Source: Bdellovibrionota bacterium
GTDB lineage: Bacteria; Bdellovibrionota_C; UBA2361
DNA length: 64,000 nucleotides
NCBI GenBank assembly: GCA_044352465.1
Contig: JBILDU010000003.1
Coordinates: 1,752-65,751, forward strand
Reading direction: 5' to 3'
The notes under the pieces are model-generated. The model worked only from the letters and a program-made list of their open reading frames with translations, made no database searches and had not been told where the DNA came from. Positions 35,545 through 46,169 of this stretch are shown in pieces. Numbering within the stretch: position 1 is the first letter of the stretch; each line of letters starts with the position of its first letter. The translations under genes and the position numbers were made by a program.

Positions 35545-36804
35545 CTAAACATTTCCACCTGTGACTCGCGGGGACAGGAGTGGCAGAGCCAGGATGAAGC
35601 CAATTAATGGGGTATGATGTAAAATCGTGAAGCGATTCTGAAACGCCGACATAAAAACAAGACCAAGAAGGAAGCTGACAGCTATTGAGCGAAGTATAAT
35701 TGAATTTTTGGATAGCTCACTACGTCGAGCGATTTTTCGGAAATTACTAACATAAATGGTCGTAAACGAGAGCAAGACTGCCGAGCCTACTAGTCCAGTT
35801 TGCCAAAATACTTGAATAAAAAAATTATGACAGGAAAAAAATTCACGTTGTAGCGAGCGGGAGAACCAGCTCGCCCCAAAGCCGTGGCCAAACAAAAGAG
35901 ACCAGATGTTTTCAGACGTAAGAAGCTCAAATTCATCGCGCCGACCTTCGTCCACAATCCAATCGATTTCCCTAATGCTGCCCAAAGCTCCCTGGCCAAA
36001 AAAATCACTGTTCACGGAGAGCAGCGTCAGTCCAACTACAAGAAAAAATACGACTCCTTTAATTAGCCCTGAAATCGCTAGTTCCGTAGAGAGTAGGAAA
36101 ACAAGAGTGACGACAGCTAATGGAGTTACGATCATTATGGTCTTATTGAGGGTGACCAACCATGTGCCTAGGAATAAAAAGCTTAAGAGTACTAGAAGGA
36201 GCCGCGAGAACGGAAGTCTATGCCGGAATGCCAGTACGCTGGCAACCCAGGCAATGATACCGAGAAGAGCCCCGATCTGTCCGACGGAGCTGCGAACTTG
36301 AATGTACCCGCGGTACGCTACTCCGATACCTAGCAGGTATTCGACCAGAGCACCGAAGCAACCGAGGCAGCAGCCGAATAGAACTGTCTTTAAAATGAGG
36401 TGTAGACGCCGGTGACTATTGATCAAAGCTAAAGTTGCCGGGAAGGTTCCGTACCCTGCATACGGTAGTAGGGCCATTACGATGTCCTTGGCTTCGATGT
36501 CATTGAAAATAGCCGACCAGAAGCCGATAAAAAAATACAGGGATATCGGAATTGCCAACAATAGAGTTTCGCGCCCCCATGCTAGAAGCGTGCGGAGAAA
36601 AAGCGCTCCCCCTAGCAGAACGAGACAATAAGAGGTCATGGCCGCGAGCTGGCTGGGCTCATTGCCGAACTCCTCTTGGTTGAAGAGATACTGTGGCATT
36701 CCCATGGCAAGTAACAGGATGGCCATTAATCCGAGTAACGGGCGCAGAAGTGGAGCTAACCCGGATAGAATTAGATGCCAATATGATAGGAGGGTAGCGA
36801 GCAC
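35545..36804 (-). CDS. O-antigen polymerase/ligase (Wzy/WaaL-like) membrane protein
   Basis: About 11 TM helices; GR...LFGHGFG..HN.F.....TGLVG motif. Confidence 0.7.
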   Translation of the reverse strand: MLATLLSYWHLILSGLAPLLRPLLGLMAILLLAMGMPQYLFNQEEFGNEPSQLAAMTSYCLVLLGGALFLRTLLAWGRETLLLAIPISLYFFIGFWSAIFNDIEAKDIVMALLPYAGYGTFPATLALINSHRRLHLILKTVLFGCCLGCFGALVEYLLGIGVAYRGYIQVRSSVGQIGALLGIIAWVASVLAFRHRLPFSRLLLVLLSFLFLGTWLVTLNKTIMIVTPLAVVTLVFLLSTELAISGLIKGVVFFLVVGLTLLSVNSDFFGQGALGSIREIDWIVDEGRRDEFELLTSENIWSLLFGHGFGASWFSRSLQREFFSCHNFFIQVFWQTGLVGSAVLLSFTTIYVSNFRKIARRSELSKNSIILRSIAVSFLLGLVFMSAFQNRFTILHHTPLIGFILALPLLSPRVTGGNV

Positions 36805-36806
36805 GA

Positions 36807-38045
36807 CTACTCCTGTATGAGTGAATTGTAGAGGATTTCGCGCTGCGTGGCTGCTTGCCCGACCGTGTATTGATTCAGAATAAGCTCTTGAAGCTTGGCA
36901 GCCTGCACGTCAGCACGCCCTAAATCGGAAGCCATCTCGACCACTTTATTCGCTAATTCCGATGAATCATGGGGATTAAATAACCAGTTATGATTGGCCC
37001 CGGTAAGGATCTCTCTCGCTCCACCGAGTGCTGTAACGAGCACGGGGAGTCCGGCTGCCCCGTACTCAAAAAGAGTCCGAGGAAGAGGATCTGGATATTG
37101 AGAGGGTATAATTCCAAGAGTGCTTTCCGCAAGAAGCGCGGGCAGCGCCGTTGGTTCAACCCACCCCGTAAACTCAACATAGTTAGTAAGCCCATCGCGA
37201 TGGACCTGCCGCTCTAGTTCCTGGGCGTAGCTGTTTTTCCGACCGTAAATGCGAATTCGCACATGCGGACCAATACGCTGAATAAGTTCAGGTAGAATGT
37301 TGATGATTTGATGATATCCCTTACGTGGAGTCATACGACCACCGCAGATGATTCGGAAAAATTCACTTCCCTCTCTTGGAAATGGGCCAGGCGGTGGAAC
37401 CTCTACTCCGCTATAGATCACATAACTCGGAACAGTTAACCCATTCTGACGATAAAACTGACGGAGGTAGTCGCTAACGAATACTACGGAATCGCAGTAT
37501 CGATTAATTAATTCGAGAGCGGCATGCCTTTTGAGCGGATTGAACGTATGCTTCTGGCACAGGAAGCAGGTTGCGAGCGATGGGAGTCGGCGAGACTGGG
37601 CGTGCAAAAAGTCAGCTGAGTGTAGTTTGCATCGCAGAGCCCCCTTGCAAAGTATGTCATAGTCATGAACCGTGAGAACGATCGGTGTTTTCGGGAGCCG
37701 TAACTTAAGGGCCTTCAGGAGCGATACTGACGAGAAGTGCTGAATGATGTGTAATTGGATTATGTCTGGGTTTTGTTTGCTAATTTCCCCGGCTATTCCG
37801 CGGCTAGCAAGCGGACGCCACACCAGTGAATAATCGTGGAGGATTCCTGTCTTGAGTATTGGGCCGAAGGGACGGATCTCCACCGCGTCACCACAGCTCG
37901 TGGGCGTTGGGGCGTAGTCCCCCGGCGAAGTGACTTGAATCTGATGCCCCCTTTTTTGCAGCGCACTACATAGTGAGAGGACGTTGCTTTCGGCCCCGCC
38001 GCGCCCACTACTGACGATTTTATCGGATACTACACAGATTTTCAT
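36807..38045 (-). CDS. GT4 glycosyltransferase (start probably ATG 38045)
   Basis: GGAE, TVHDY..C, GRMTPRKG and PS..PDPLP..LFE..A.G.PV motifs. Confidence 0.85.
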   Translation of the reverse strand: MKICVVSDKIVSSGRGGAESNVLSLCSALQKRGHQIQVTSPGDYAPTPTSCGDAVEIRPFGPILKTGILHDYSLVWRPLASRGIAGEISKQNPDIIQLHIIQHFSSVSLLKALKLRLPKTPIVLTVHDYDILCKGALRCKLHSADFLHAQSRRLPSLATCFLCQKHTFNPLKRHAALELINRYCDSVVFVSDYLRQFYRQNGLTVPSYVIYSGVEVPPPGPFPREGSEFFRIICGGRMTPRKGYHQIINILPELIQRIGPHVRIRIYGRKNSYAQELERQVHRDGLTNYVEFTGWVEPTALPALLAESTLGIIPSQYPDPLPRTLFEYGAAGLPVLVTALGGAREILTGANHNWLFNPHDSSELANKVVEMASDLGRADVQAAKLQELILNQYTVGQAATQREILYNSLIQE

Positions 38046-38179
38046 TCCGGATTTGTAAGAAGCGAGTCCAATTACGAAGAAGATAATAGTTGCTCGGACT
38101 AGGGTGGGCAATGGACAAGAGCCCTAAGCCTACATAAGCTATTCTCATCTGGACTAGAAAATCTCTTGGTTTTGCGATA

Positions 38180-39478
38180 ATGGACCGATTCATCGGTGAT
38201 ATTGCCTCGATGGTAGCGCAAAAATGGCGTAGACACTCCGCTGGAATTGCTGACAGTGCTTGGATTTTCGGTCCCGGCTTAATTGGTGGACCGGTTGGAC
38301 TAATATCTACCATAATTCTGTTGCGATCGTTTGACCTCGATTCGGTAGGTCAATACTTCTTCTCTCTTGCCCTTCTTGGTGCTCTGAATGGATTTGGGCT
38401 TCCGGGTCTAAGCACTGCCTTAATTTCGTCACTCGCTCGGGGTGATTTTTATGATTTTGTTCGGGCCGCTAGAGTCAAGTTTCTTGCAAGCCTGATTGTC
38501 TCTATTGGAATATCTGTATTCCTTCTAATAGGGGGCGAGTCGGCCCTAATTTCATCTCGGGTACTAATCGCGCTTGCGGCCCTCTTCCCGCTCTTGTCGG
38601 CTGATTGCGGATTCCAGGCAATGAATGGGCTTAGGATGTTCCGCACGCACGCGGCTCTATCGCTTCTAACCCGCCTCCTCAACCTACTATTCTTGGGCAT
38701 TGCGGTGGAATTTGAAGCCCGAATCCAGTCGTACCTCGTTGTAGTGTGGGGTTGGCAGGCAGCTCTAAATTTAGTTACGACTGGTTTTTTTTATTACCGA
38801 TTTAAAGAGGCGAAATCGTCCAACTTGCAAAGCTTTCATTATGGGCTGAATCTTACGGCGAGTAATATTTTGCTCCAACCGATTAGCCAACTTGATAAAA
38901 TTTTAGTCGGAACACTGGTGGGTACGGAGAGTTTAGCCGTGTTTAGCGTTGGTGAAAAAATACTCGCCTACCTTAAGTCGTTGGGGTCGCAATTGCACCG
39001 CATTTACTACCCCCGCGTTGCCCGGCGTTCTATCGCCGAAACCGGGCAGTTTCTCGTTCGCCATTGTATTGGATGGGCCCTTGTATTCCTGGCCCTGAGC
39101 GGACTCCTGGCTCTAATCTTACCCCCGGTCTTTTTGATTGCGCTTGGCTCTAGTTATTTGCCGTCAGCTTGGTACGCAGTGTTATTTAGTATCGCTTTTG
39201 TGCTTGGGGTTCCTGGGTACTTTTTAAGTATTTTTTTTCGAGAGGCCCATGCTGTTAAAGAGACATACCTATACTCATTAGCGAAAATTCCATTACACCT
39301 ACTTGGAATTTTTGTGGGAGGCTCTCTCGGTGGAGTCGGTGGCCTGCCATATGGTCGAATCGCTAGTGTTTTTTGCCACTCCCTTGTGGGTCTGCAGTTG
39401 GGAATGAAGGTTTATGGCACGGTCGCCCACCAGCTAGAGCCCCCGCCCGTTTCTGTTCCACCGTCCCGTCTAGTTTAG
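38180..39478 (+). CDS. Wzx-like oligosaccharide flippase
   Basis: About 12 TM helices, QLDKILVG..G...A.F; located within the GT cluster. Confidence 0.75.
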   Translation: MDRFIGDIASMVAQKWRRHSAGIADSAWIFGPGLIGGPVGLISTIILLRSFDLDSVGQYFFSLALLGALNGFGLPGLSTALISSLARGDFYDFVRAARVKFLASLIVSIGISVFLLIGGESALISSRVLIALAALFPLLSADCGFQAMNGLRMFRTHAALSLLTRLLNLLFLGIAVEFEARIQSYLVVVWGWQAALNLVTTGFFYYRFKEAKSSNLQSFHYGLNLTASNILLQPISQLDKILVGTLVGTESLAVFSVGEKILAYLKSLGSQLHRIYYPRVARRSIAETGQFLVRHCIGWALVFLALSGLLALILPPVFLIALGSSYLPSAWYAVLFSIAFVLGVPGYFLSIFFREAHAVKETYLYSLAKIPLHLLGIFVGGSLGGVGGLPYGRIASVFCHSLVGLQLGMKVYGTVAHQLEPPPVSVPPSRLV

Positions 39479-39498
39479 TCGTTTTAGGGGCAAGATCT

Positions 39499-41394
39499 AT
39501 GTGCGGAATAATCGGTGGTCTCGGCGACTTCACCTCGCGGAGGCGCGGTGGACTGCGTAGCCTTCAGCATCGTGGGCCTGATGATTCCGGTTTATATGAG
39601 GAACCTGGGCTCTTTTTAGGTCATACACGACTCGCTATTTTGGACTTATCCGCCCTCGGTCACCAGCCGATGCGCTCGCCAGATGGCCGCTACACGCTCA
39701 TCTTTAACGGGGAAATTTACAATCACAGAGAGCTTCGGCAAGAACTGGCGGAATTGTTCGTGTTTCGTTCGGAGTCCGATTCGGAAACCCTCCTATACGC
39801 CCTTGCTCATTGGGGAGCTGAGGCGCTCAAGCGTTTAAATGGGATCTTCGCCTTTGCCTTTTATGATTCGTTAACTCGCTCGGTTCTGATCGCGCGCGAT
39901 CATTTGGGAGTAAAGCCTCTATACTACGTGGCTGATTCGAAGTTTTTTGTTTTTGCCTCTGAACTAAAGGCGCTACGCGCGGTCGCTGACTTTTCGACGG
40001 AGCTTGATTATGGGGCGATATTCTCGGCTGTTTCTCTATTATGGGTACCGGGTCCACAGACCCCCTTCGCTGCGGTCAAGAAACTCAGCCCAGGCACTGC
40101 TCTCTCAATTTCGCTCGACGACATTGGTCGCGTCGATTATCAGCGCTTTTATGAGATTCCATTCCGCGGGGAGTACGACCGGCGGTCTCGTACTGAAATC
40201 ATCGCTGAGTTTCGTGATCGACTATCATTAGCAGTGAAGCGGCAGCTTCTCTCGGATGTTCCAGTTGGATTCTTTTTGTCCGGGGGGATGGATTCAAGCT
40301 CCCTTGTGGCATTGGCGGCTGCCGGTGGAGAGTCACTTACTGCGTTCACTATTCAGGGAGATGAAACATTCGATCGAGAGGGTTTTGCTGCTGATTCAAG
40401 ATATGCCCGTCTCGTTGCCGAGCAGATGGGTGTTAAACTTATTGGGGTACCGGCGAGCTCGGATATCGTAAACGAGTTCGATAAGATGATTTTTCATCTA
40501 GATGAGCCGCAAGCCGATCTGGCACCGCTTCACGTTCTAAATATTTCGCGCGCTGCAAAAGCCTCGGGAATTAAAGTTCTCATCAGTGGTGCCGGTGGCG
40601 ACGACTTACTTTCCGGCTACCGCCGGCATCAGTTTGCCTTATTGCAGTCGGTAGTGGATCTGATCCCGGGCGGAGTGAGGAATTTCGTCGCCGAGCTGGC
40701 GCAGCGGTCCGGACAACCGGGCGGCTTTCGGCGGATAATTAAAATGCTTGAGTGCCTGAAGGGAGATCGTCGCGAGCGATTATGCCGGACTATGCTCTGG
40801 GGGGTCCCCTCGCACTTGCACGGACTCCTAGCACCCGAGATTCGCGAAGTAATTGAGCCTGACGAGCCGTTAGAGCATCTTCGTGGTGTGATGGAGGTGC
40901 TTGGTGCGGAGCAAAATGATTTGAATCGATTGCTCTTTCTTGATTTGAAAACCTTTCTTCCTGATCACAATTTGAATTACACCGACAAGATGGGAATGGC
41001 TTGCGGTGTAGAAATTCGAGTGCCTTTTCTCGATATTGATCTTGTGAATTTCTGTGCCCGGATTCCGCCCTCATTTAAGCATAATTTATTCCAGATGAAA
41101 TCGATTTTACGCGATGCTATGCGCGGGGTAGTGCCGGAGCCAGTTTTGAGAAGAGCGAAAACCGGATTCGGGGTACCGATTCGAGACTGGGTTAGGAATG
41201 AATTTAGGGAGATCATCTCCGAGAGGCTGGCACCGGCACGGCTACGTCAGCAGGGTCTATTCGACCCGGCAGCGGTCACCGAGCTTATTCGGGCGACTCT
41301 TTATTCTCGGTACGATGGTGCCTACACCATCATCGCACTTTTGGCAGTTGAATCCTGGGTCCGCCAATTCAGGGACACCCCGCCCAAGCCTTAG
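39499..41394 (+). CDS. asnB: Asparagine synthase (glutamine-hydrolysing)-like amidotransferase of the polysaccharide cluster
   Basis: MCGI, HRGPD, HTRLAILD, FNGEIYN, RDHLGVKPLYY, LSGGMDSS and EIRVPFLD motifs. Confidence 0.93.
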   Translation: MCGIIGGLGDFTSRRRGGLRSLQHRGPDDSGLYEEPGLFLGHTRLAILDLSALGHQPMRSPDGRYTLIFNGEIYNHRELRQELAELFVFRSESDSETLLYALAHWGAEALKRLNGIFAFAFYDSLTRSVLIARDHLGVKPLYYVADSKFFVFASELKALRAVADFSTELDYGAIFSAVSLLWVPGPQTPFAAVKKLSPGTALSISLDDIGRVDYQRFYEIPFRGEYDRRSRTEIIAEFRDRLSLAVKRQLLSDVPVGFFLSGGMDSSSLVALAAAGGESLTAFTIQGDETFDREGFAADSRYARLVAEQMGVKLIGVPASSDIVNEFDKMIFHLDEPQADLAPLHVLNISRAAKASGIKVLISGAGGDDLLSGYRRHQFALLQSVVDLIPGGVRNFVAELAQRSGQPGGFRRIIKMLECLKGDRRERLCRTMLWGVPSHLHGLLAPEIREVIEPDEPLEHLRGVMEVLGAEQNDLNRLLFLDLKTFLPDHNLNYTDKMGMACGVEIRVPFLDIDLVNFCARIPPSFKHNLFQMKSILRDAMRGVVPEPVLRRAKTGFGVPIRDWVRNEFREIISERLAPARLRQQGLFDPAAVTELIRATLYSRYDGAYTIIALLAVESWVRQFRDTPPKP

Positions 41395-42491
41395 CTGTGG
41401 TCGCTGGAGAATATGTGAGCGGTTGCTCGTTGTGCTGCTTGGCCGTCCCACAGCGCCGGAGTCACTGCGGGTTTATTTGTCGCTTCATGAATCTTCTGAA
41501 TTACTGAGAAAAGGTCTATGCCCCCCACCAACCTATTCGTCCCCTCCGTCACCGTGATCGGACGCTCCGTGTTCTTCCGTAGGGTTAAACAAGTAATTCC
41601 AAGATACGTCGTCTCCTCCTGAATTCCCCCCGAATCGGTTATCGCTACCTTCGATTTCGAGAGTAACGCCATGAAGGATAGATACGAAAGGGGTTCAAGA
41701 AGCTTTATCGTCGGCCGCTGCTCGAGCTCGCTAAGGAGCCTGCACTGCTCGAGCGCTTTACGGGTTCGTGGATGTAACGGAAAGACTAGCGGCACGATCT
41801 CCGATGCGTCGATGAGGTGGCGCATGAGGGTGCTTAGGACCTCGGGGTTATCGGTGTTCGAGGGGCGGTGGATCGTGACGACTCCATAGGTCCCGGGCTT
41901 TACACCAAACGTCACTTCGACGTCGATAGCGTCGAACTTGGGCTTAAGCATCACGAGGGAATCGATCATGATGTTCCCTACCCGGTGGATCTTTTTCGGA
42001 TCGATCCCTTCCCGAATCAGGTTCTCATCCGCATCGGGCGAGGGGGTCCAAAGGATATCTGAGATAGAATCGGTGACGATTCGGTTAATCTCCTCCGGCA
42101 TCGTTCGGTCAAAGGAGCGTAGCCCCGCTTCGAGGTGCGCGAGGGTTCTCCCACACTTCGTTGCAACAAGCGCGCACGCAACGGTCGCATTTACATCCCC
42201 CACAACGACCACGAGATCGGGGTTATCAGCGAGGCATATCTTCTCGTACTCGATCATCGTCCGCCCGGTCTGCTCCGCGTGGGAGCCGGAGCCAACACCT
42301 AGGTGGTGATGGGGGGGGGGAAGCTCAAGGTCAAGGAGGATCGAGTCCGACATATTGGCGTCGTAGTGCTGCCCGGTGTGGACTAAGATGGGCTCCGCCC
42401 ACGGCTCCTTTTTAAGAGCATGATAGAGGGGCGCAACCTTCATAAAGTTAGGGCGCGCCGCCATGATGAGGTGAATCTTCTTTTGTGCCAT
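41391..42491 (-). CDS. wecB: UDP-N-acetylglucosamine 2-epimerase (non-hydrolysing)
   Basis: ARPNFMK, HTGQHYD, HLEAGLRS, PEEINR, TDSGGIQEE and TERP motifs. Confidence 0.95.
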   Translation of the reverse strand: MAQKKIHLIMAARPNFMKVAPLYHALKKEPWAEPILVHTGQHYDANMSDSILLDLELPPPHHHLGVGSGSHAEQTGRTMIEYEKICLADNPDLVVVVGDVNATVACALVATKCGRTLAHLEAGLRSFDRTMPEEINRIVTDSISDILWTPSPDADENLIREGIDPKKIHRVGNIMIDSLVMLKPKFDAIDVEVTFGVKPGTYGVVTIHRPSNTDNPEVLSTLMRHLIDASEIVPLVFPLHPRTRKALEQCRLLSELEQRPTIKLLEPLSYLSFMALLSKSKVAITDSGGIQEETTYLGITCLTLRKNTERPITVTEGTNRLVGGIDLFSVIQKIHEATNKPAVTPALWDGQAAQRATAHIFSSDHS

Positions 42492-42602
42492 CGGGATGAG
42501 AGGGAGCCTAGCAAATCCTTTCGCCTTGAGAAACCTTAGTGAGTGGGGCATCATACCGCAAAGTTTCCACCGGAAATTAGGGGGATCTTAGGAGCTTTTG
42601 CG

Positions 42603-44726
42603 GTGCGCCAACTCTTCCAAAATCTAAAAAACGGGCAGGTAACGGCACCTGCGGTGCCTGCTCCCTCAGCGCAGCGGGGCGCTATCGTGGTTCGTACTGC
42701 GTGTTCGCTCGTCTCTCCCGGAACGGAGCGGATGATCGCTCAGTTTGGAAAAGCGGGGTTTATCGAGAAAGCACGTAGTCAGCCTGATAAGGTGCGCCAG
42801 GTAATCGATAAGATTCAGACCGATGGGATTATCCCAACCGCGAAGGCGGTGCTTCATAAGCTGGACCAACCGCTCCCGCTCGGTTACAGCGCGGTCGGTA
42901 CGGTCACCGCGGTGGGTGAAGGGGTAGCGCGCTTTAGGGTAGGCGATAGGGTCGTCTGCAACGGGAACCACGCGGAGGCGGTAGCCGTTGGGGAGAATCT
43001 TGCGGCACGCATTCCTGAGGGGGTAACCGACGAGACCGCGGCTTTTACCGTACTCGGCGCTATCGGAATGCAGGGGGTCCGGTTACTAGCCCCTGAGGTC
43101 GGTGAGCGGTATGTGGTCATGGGCCTCGGGGTTATCGGGCTTCTTTCGGTGCAGATATTAAAAGCGGCTGGGTGCCAGGTGCTCGCGACCGATTTTAATC
43201 GGGAGCGGGTAGCGCTCGCTGAGCGGTATGGGGCGCGGGGGCTCGTTCCTGGGGACGACGTTGACCCGGTTGAGTTCGCGCTTTCGTGGTCGGGGGGCGA
43301 TGGAGTTGATGGGGTGCTTATCTGTGCGTCGACCGAGAGCATGGAGCCTATCCGCCAGTCCCCAAAGATGTGTCGAAAGCGGGGCAAGGTAGTTCTTGTA
43401 GGAGTCGTGGGACTCGAGCTCGATAGGACCGAGTTTTTTAAGCGTGAGGTTACCTTTCAGGTGTCGTGCTCCTATGGGCCTGGAAGGTACGAGGCGGCGT
43501 ACGAAAAGAAAGGGCTCGATTACCCGATAGGATTCGTGCGGTGGACCGAGCAGCGGAACTTTGAAGCGGTGCTAGGGCTTATGGCTGAGGGGAAGATCGT
43601 CACTGGGGATCTCCTTTCCGCCGTAGTGCCTTTCAAGGAAGCGACAGCGCGGTACGATGAGTTGCTAGCGGATCCAGATGCGTTAGGTATTTTGTTTCGG
43701 TACGAGGAGCGGGAGCTTAAGCGGACGATCGCAGTTATCTCGAAACCAAAAGAGATAGACGGCGTTAGAATCGGTGTGGTGGGAGCAGGAAATTTCGCCT
43801 CTGGGGTGTTGCTTCCACTCTTTAAGGAGCTTGGTGGAACCCTTCGTGAGGTCGCGGCACCTTCGGGAAAGAGTGCGGGGCTCGCCGCAATAAAATTCGG
43901 GGCACTTGAGGCGACCTCGGATGTGGAGGGGGTGATCCTAGGGGATAAATCAAATGCGGTCGTTATCGCCAGTCGGCACGACTCCCATGCGGAGCTTGTG
44001 GTAAAGGCGCTCGGTGCCGGTAAGCACGTCTTTGTGGAAAAGCCGCTCGCTACGACTTTAGAGGAGCTTCAGGCTGTTGAAAGGGCCGTTATCAAATCGA
44101 GTGGACAGGTTCTCGTTGTCGATTTTAATCGGCGATTTTCCCCCCTTGTTACGGAGCTTAAGCGCGCTCTCAAAGGACGCGCGGAGCCCCTTACCCTCTC
44201 GATGACGGTGAATGCGGGGCGGCTTCCAAGCGATAGTTGGGTGATGGATGAGTCGGAGGGGGGCGGACGAGTAACAAGTGAGGTGTGTCACTTTATTGAT
44301 CTGTTCGTTGCCATCGCGGGTGCTCCGGTAACCGCAGTGGTGTCGACCCCGCTAAGGGAATCGAAGGCTGAAGCGCAGACCGCGATTTTTTCGCTAACTC
44401 TTGCTGATGGTTCGATCGGAACGATTCAGTATCTTTCGAATAGTAGCCGCAAACTTCCTAAGGAGCGGCTTGAGGTTCACTCAGGGGGCCGAACCGCTGT
44501 GATCGATAACTTCCGGTCGATAAAGAGTTTCGGGTTTAAGAACCTCCGTTCACGGAAGCTCTGGAGCCAAGCAAAGGGGCATCGGGAGTGTATAAGCGCT
44601 TTTCTGGCGGCGGTCTCGGGGCGAGAGATCGAGCTTCCCGCATGGGACGAGCTACGGAATGTGACCGTAGCGACGATCGCTGCGAAGGAATCTGCCCGAG
44701 ACGGGGTTCTGTTTCGGGTTAGTTAG
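42603..44726 (+). CDS. Bi-domain oxidoreductase (Zn-ADH-like + Gfo/Idh/MocA)
   Basis: SLVSPGTE, PLGYS, SCSYGPGRY, VRWTEQRN, GAGNFA, HVFVEKP and FNRRFSP motifs; GTG 42603 is the likely start. Confidence 0.92.
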   Translation: MRQLFQNLKNGQVTAPAVPAPSAQRGAIVVRTACSLVSPGTERMIAQFGKAGFIEKARSQPDKVRQVIDKIQTDGIIPTAKAVLHKLDQPLPLGYSAVGTVTAVGEGVARFRVGDRVVCNGNHAEAVAVGENLAARIPEGVTDETAAFTVLGAIGMQGVRLLAPEVGERYVVMGLGVIGLLSVQILKAAGCQVLATDFNRERVALAERYGARGLVPGDDVDPVEFALSWSGGDGVDGVLICASTESMEPIRQSPKMCRKRGKVVLVGVVGLELDRTEFFKREVTFQVSCSYGPGRYEAAYEKKGLDYPIGFVRWTEQRNFEAVLGLMAEGKIVTGDLLSAVVPFKEATARYDELLADPDALGILFRYEERELKRTIAVISKPKEIDGVRIGVVGAGNFASGVLLPLFKELGGTLREVAAPSGKSAGLAAIKFGALEATSDVEGVILGDKSNAVVIASRHDSHAELVVKALGAGKHVFVEKPLATTLEELQAVERAVIKSSGQVLVVDFNRRFSPLVTELKRALKGRAEPLTLSMTVNAGRLPSDSWVMDESEGGGRVTSEVCHFIDLFVAIAGAPVTAVVSTPLRESKAEAQTAIFSLTLADGSIGTIQYLSNSSRKLPKERLEVHSGGRTAVIDNFRSIKSFGFKNLRSRKLWSQAKGHRECISAFLAAVSGREIELPAWDELRNVTVATIAAKESARDGVLFRVS

Positions 44727-44877
44727 GTCCGCGCCCCCTCCTCGGTAGCCTTCTGGGGAGTGAGTCAATGGTCTCATAGCCCCGATGCGATGAAATTCCG
44801 CGAAAATAGGTGAAGATTCGGGTTTACATCGATTATCTCTTTGGCTAATCTCCCTTCGAGTCTATGATTTAGGCCAT

Positions 44878-45489
44878 ATGAGAAAGCACCTTATACTTGC
44901 ATCTGCGCTTTTCGGAGTAGTGCCGACTGCGTCCTTTGCGGCTGACGCCGGAACGGTAACGGTCGTTGACTGTCAAGCGATGCCCCGAGCAGCTAGCCCT
45001 GCGGCTGAAGTGAAGGGGGTAGAGCTGAAATTCGAGGGTAGTCTCCAGCAGGCGACCCTCACGGAGACGAGCTCCAAAGAGAAGCTCGAGGTCGCGCTGT
45101 CGAAGGGCACGGCTCTTTTCGAGGGCGTGAAGTCCGGTACGTGGAGCGCGTGTCAGCCGGGTGAGATTCAAGCGGTCGCGATTAGTCTTAAGACCGGGGA
45201 TAACTCAACGGTGGTAGGTGCGCTCTCAGCTGCGGGCCTAGCCGGCGGGGCTTTGGCCATCGCTGGAAGCGGCGGTAGCTCTGGTGGCGTGGACGGGGCT
45301 GCTTCGGTGCCGAGCGTCAATCGGGAGACGGTCGCCTTCATCGATGATGAAATGGCTGCTCCGCGGGTAGAGGAGGTCGCTTTCGGTGGCACCCCGGGGA
45401 AGAATCAGGGTGATTGCACGGTGAGCATGGCAACCGTTGGTGGTTGCCGTGACCAAGAGTCGCCAGCGCCGCTGTCACCATTTAGCTAA
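44878..45489 (+). CDS. Hypothetical exported protein
   Basis: Signal peptide (SFA-AD) and a Gly/Ala-rich hydrophobic segment. Confidence 0.65.
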   Translation: MRKHLILASALFGVVPTASFAADAGTVTVVDCQAMPRAASPAAEVKGVELKFEGSLQQATLTETSSKEKLEVALSKGTALFEGVKSGTWSACQPGEIQAVAISLKTGDNSTVVGALSAAGLAGGALAIAGSGGSSGGVDGAASVPSVNRETVAFIDDEMAAPRVEEVAFGGTPGKNQGDCTVSMATVGGCRDQESPAPLSPFS

Positions 45490-45520
45490 GGTTTAAAGAT
45501 CACCCAAGGGGAGACTCATT

Positions 45521-45997
45521 ATGAGATTAGCTCTACTTATCGTTGGCCTACTTGTTGCGTTCAGTGGTAATTCGGCCGCTGCGTTGCCGACTAAGGCGAC
45601 CTTAGAGTTCACTTGGTCGCCGGACGGAACGATGGATGTCAAGCACACGCTCGATCGTCGGCCCACCCTTACAGATCGTTGCGTGGTCCGGCTGCGAGCT
45701 GCGATTGGCGGCGAAACGCAGCGGCGCCGCAACTTGACCGGGTCAGTTCGGTCTAGCTTGGTAGGTTCCCCATTCACCTCGCGGATTCTGAAGGTTCAGG
45801 CACGGGGGCTCCCCAGCGTCGGTTCCTTTACGACGGGCGATGCGGTGTTAACCGTGCAGGCCGAGACGAGGTGCCGTGGTGGTAGGAGGATTCGTTCGAA
45901 CGCCGTGGCGCGCTTCGTTAAGTGTGGCTCTGACGTCCCAAAGGTATCGGGACTCCGGTTTCTGGAGGTTCTGAGACGTCGTGCTCGAGTTATCTGA
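45521..45997 (+). CDS. Hypothetical basic exported protein
   Basis: RBS GGGGAG, signal peptide, Arg-rich; followed by a terminator. Confidence 0.6.
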   Translation: MRLALLIVGLLVAFSGNSAAALPTKATLEFTWSPDGTMDVKHTLDRRPTLTDRCVVRLRAAIGGETQRRRNLTGSVRSSLVGSPFTSRILKVQARGLPSVGSFTTGDAVLTVQAETRCRGGRRIRSNAVARFVKCGSDVPKVSGLRFLEVLRRRARVI

Positions 45998-46038
45998 CCC
46001 CGTCGTCGTGGAATACCGGCCTTAAAGGTCGGCTGAGG

Positions 46039-46065
46039 AAAGGGCTCCAAAGGGAGCCCTTTTTT
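46039..46065 (+). terminator. Rho-independent terminator
   Basis: AAAGGGCTCC-AAAG-GGAGCCCTTT followed by a T-run. Confidence 0.85.
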
Positions 46066-46169
46066 ATTTCGCTTATGACTGTATCCGATTAAAATCTCGC
46101 TCCCGTGACCCCTCTGCCAAAACAGCAAGGGGGCTCCGCTCTGAAGTAGACCTCGAGGGTACCTGTTTT

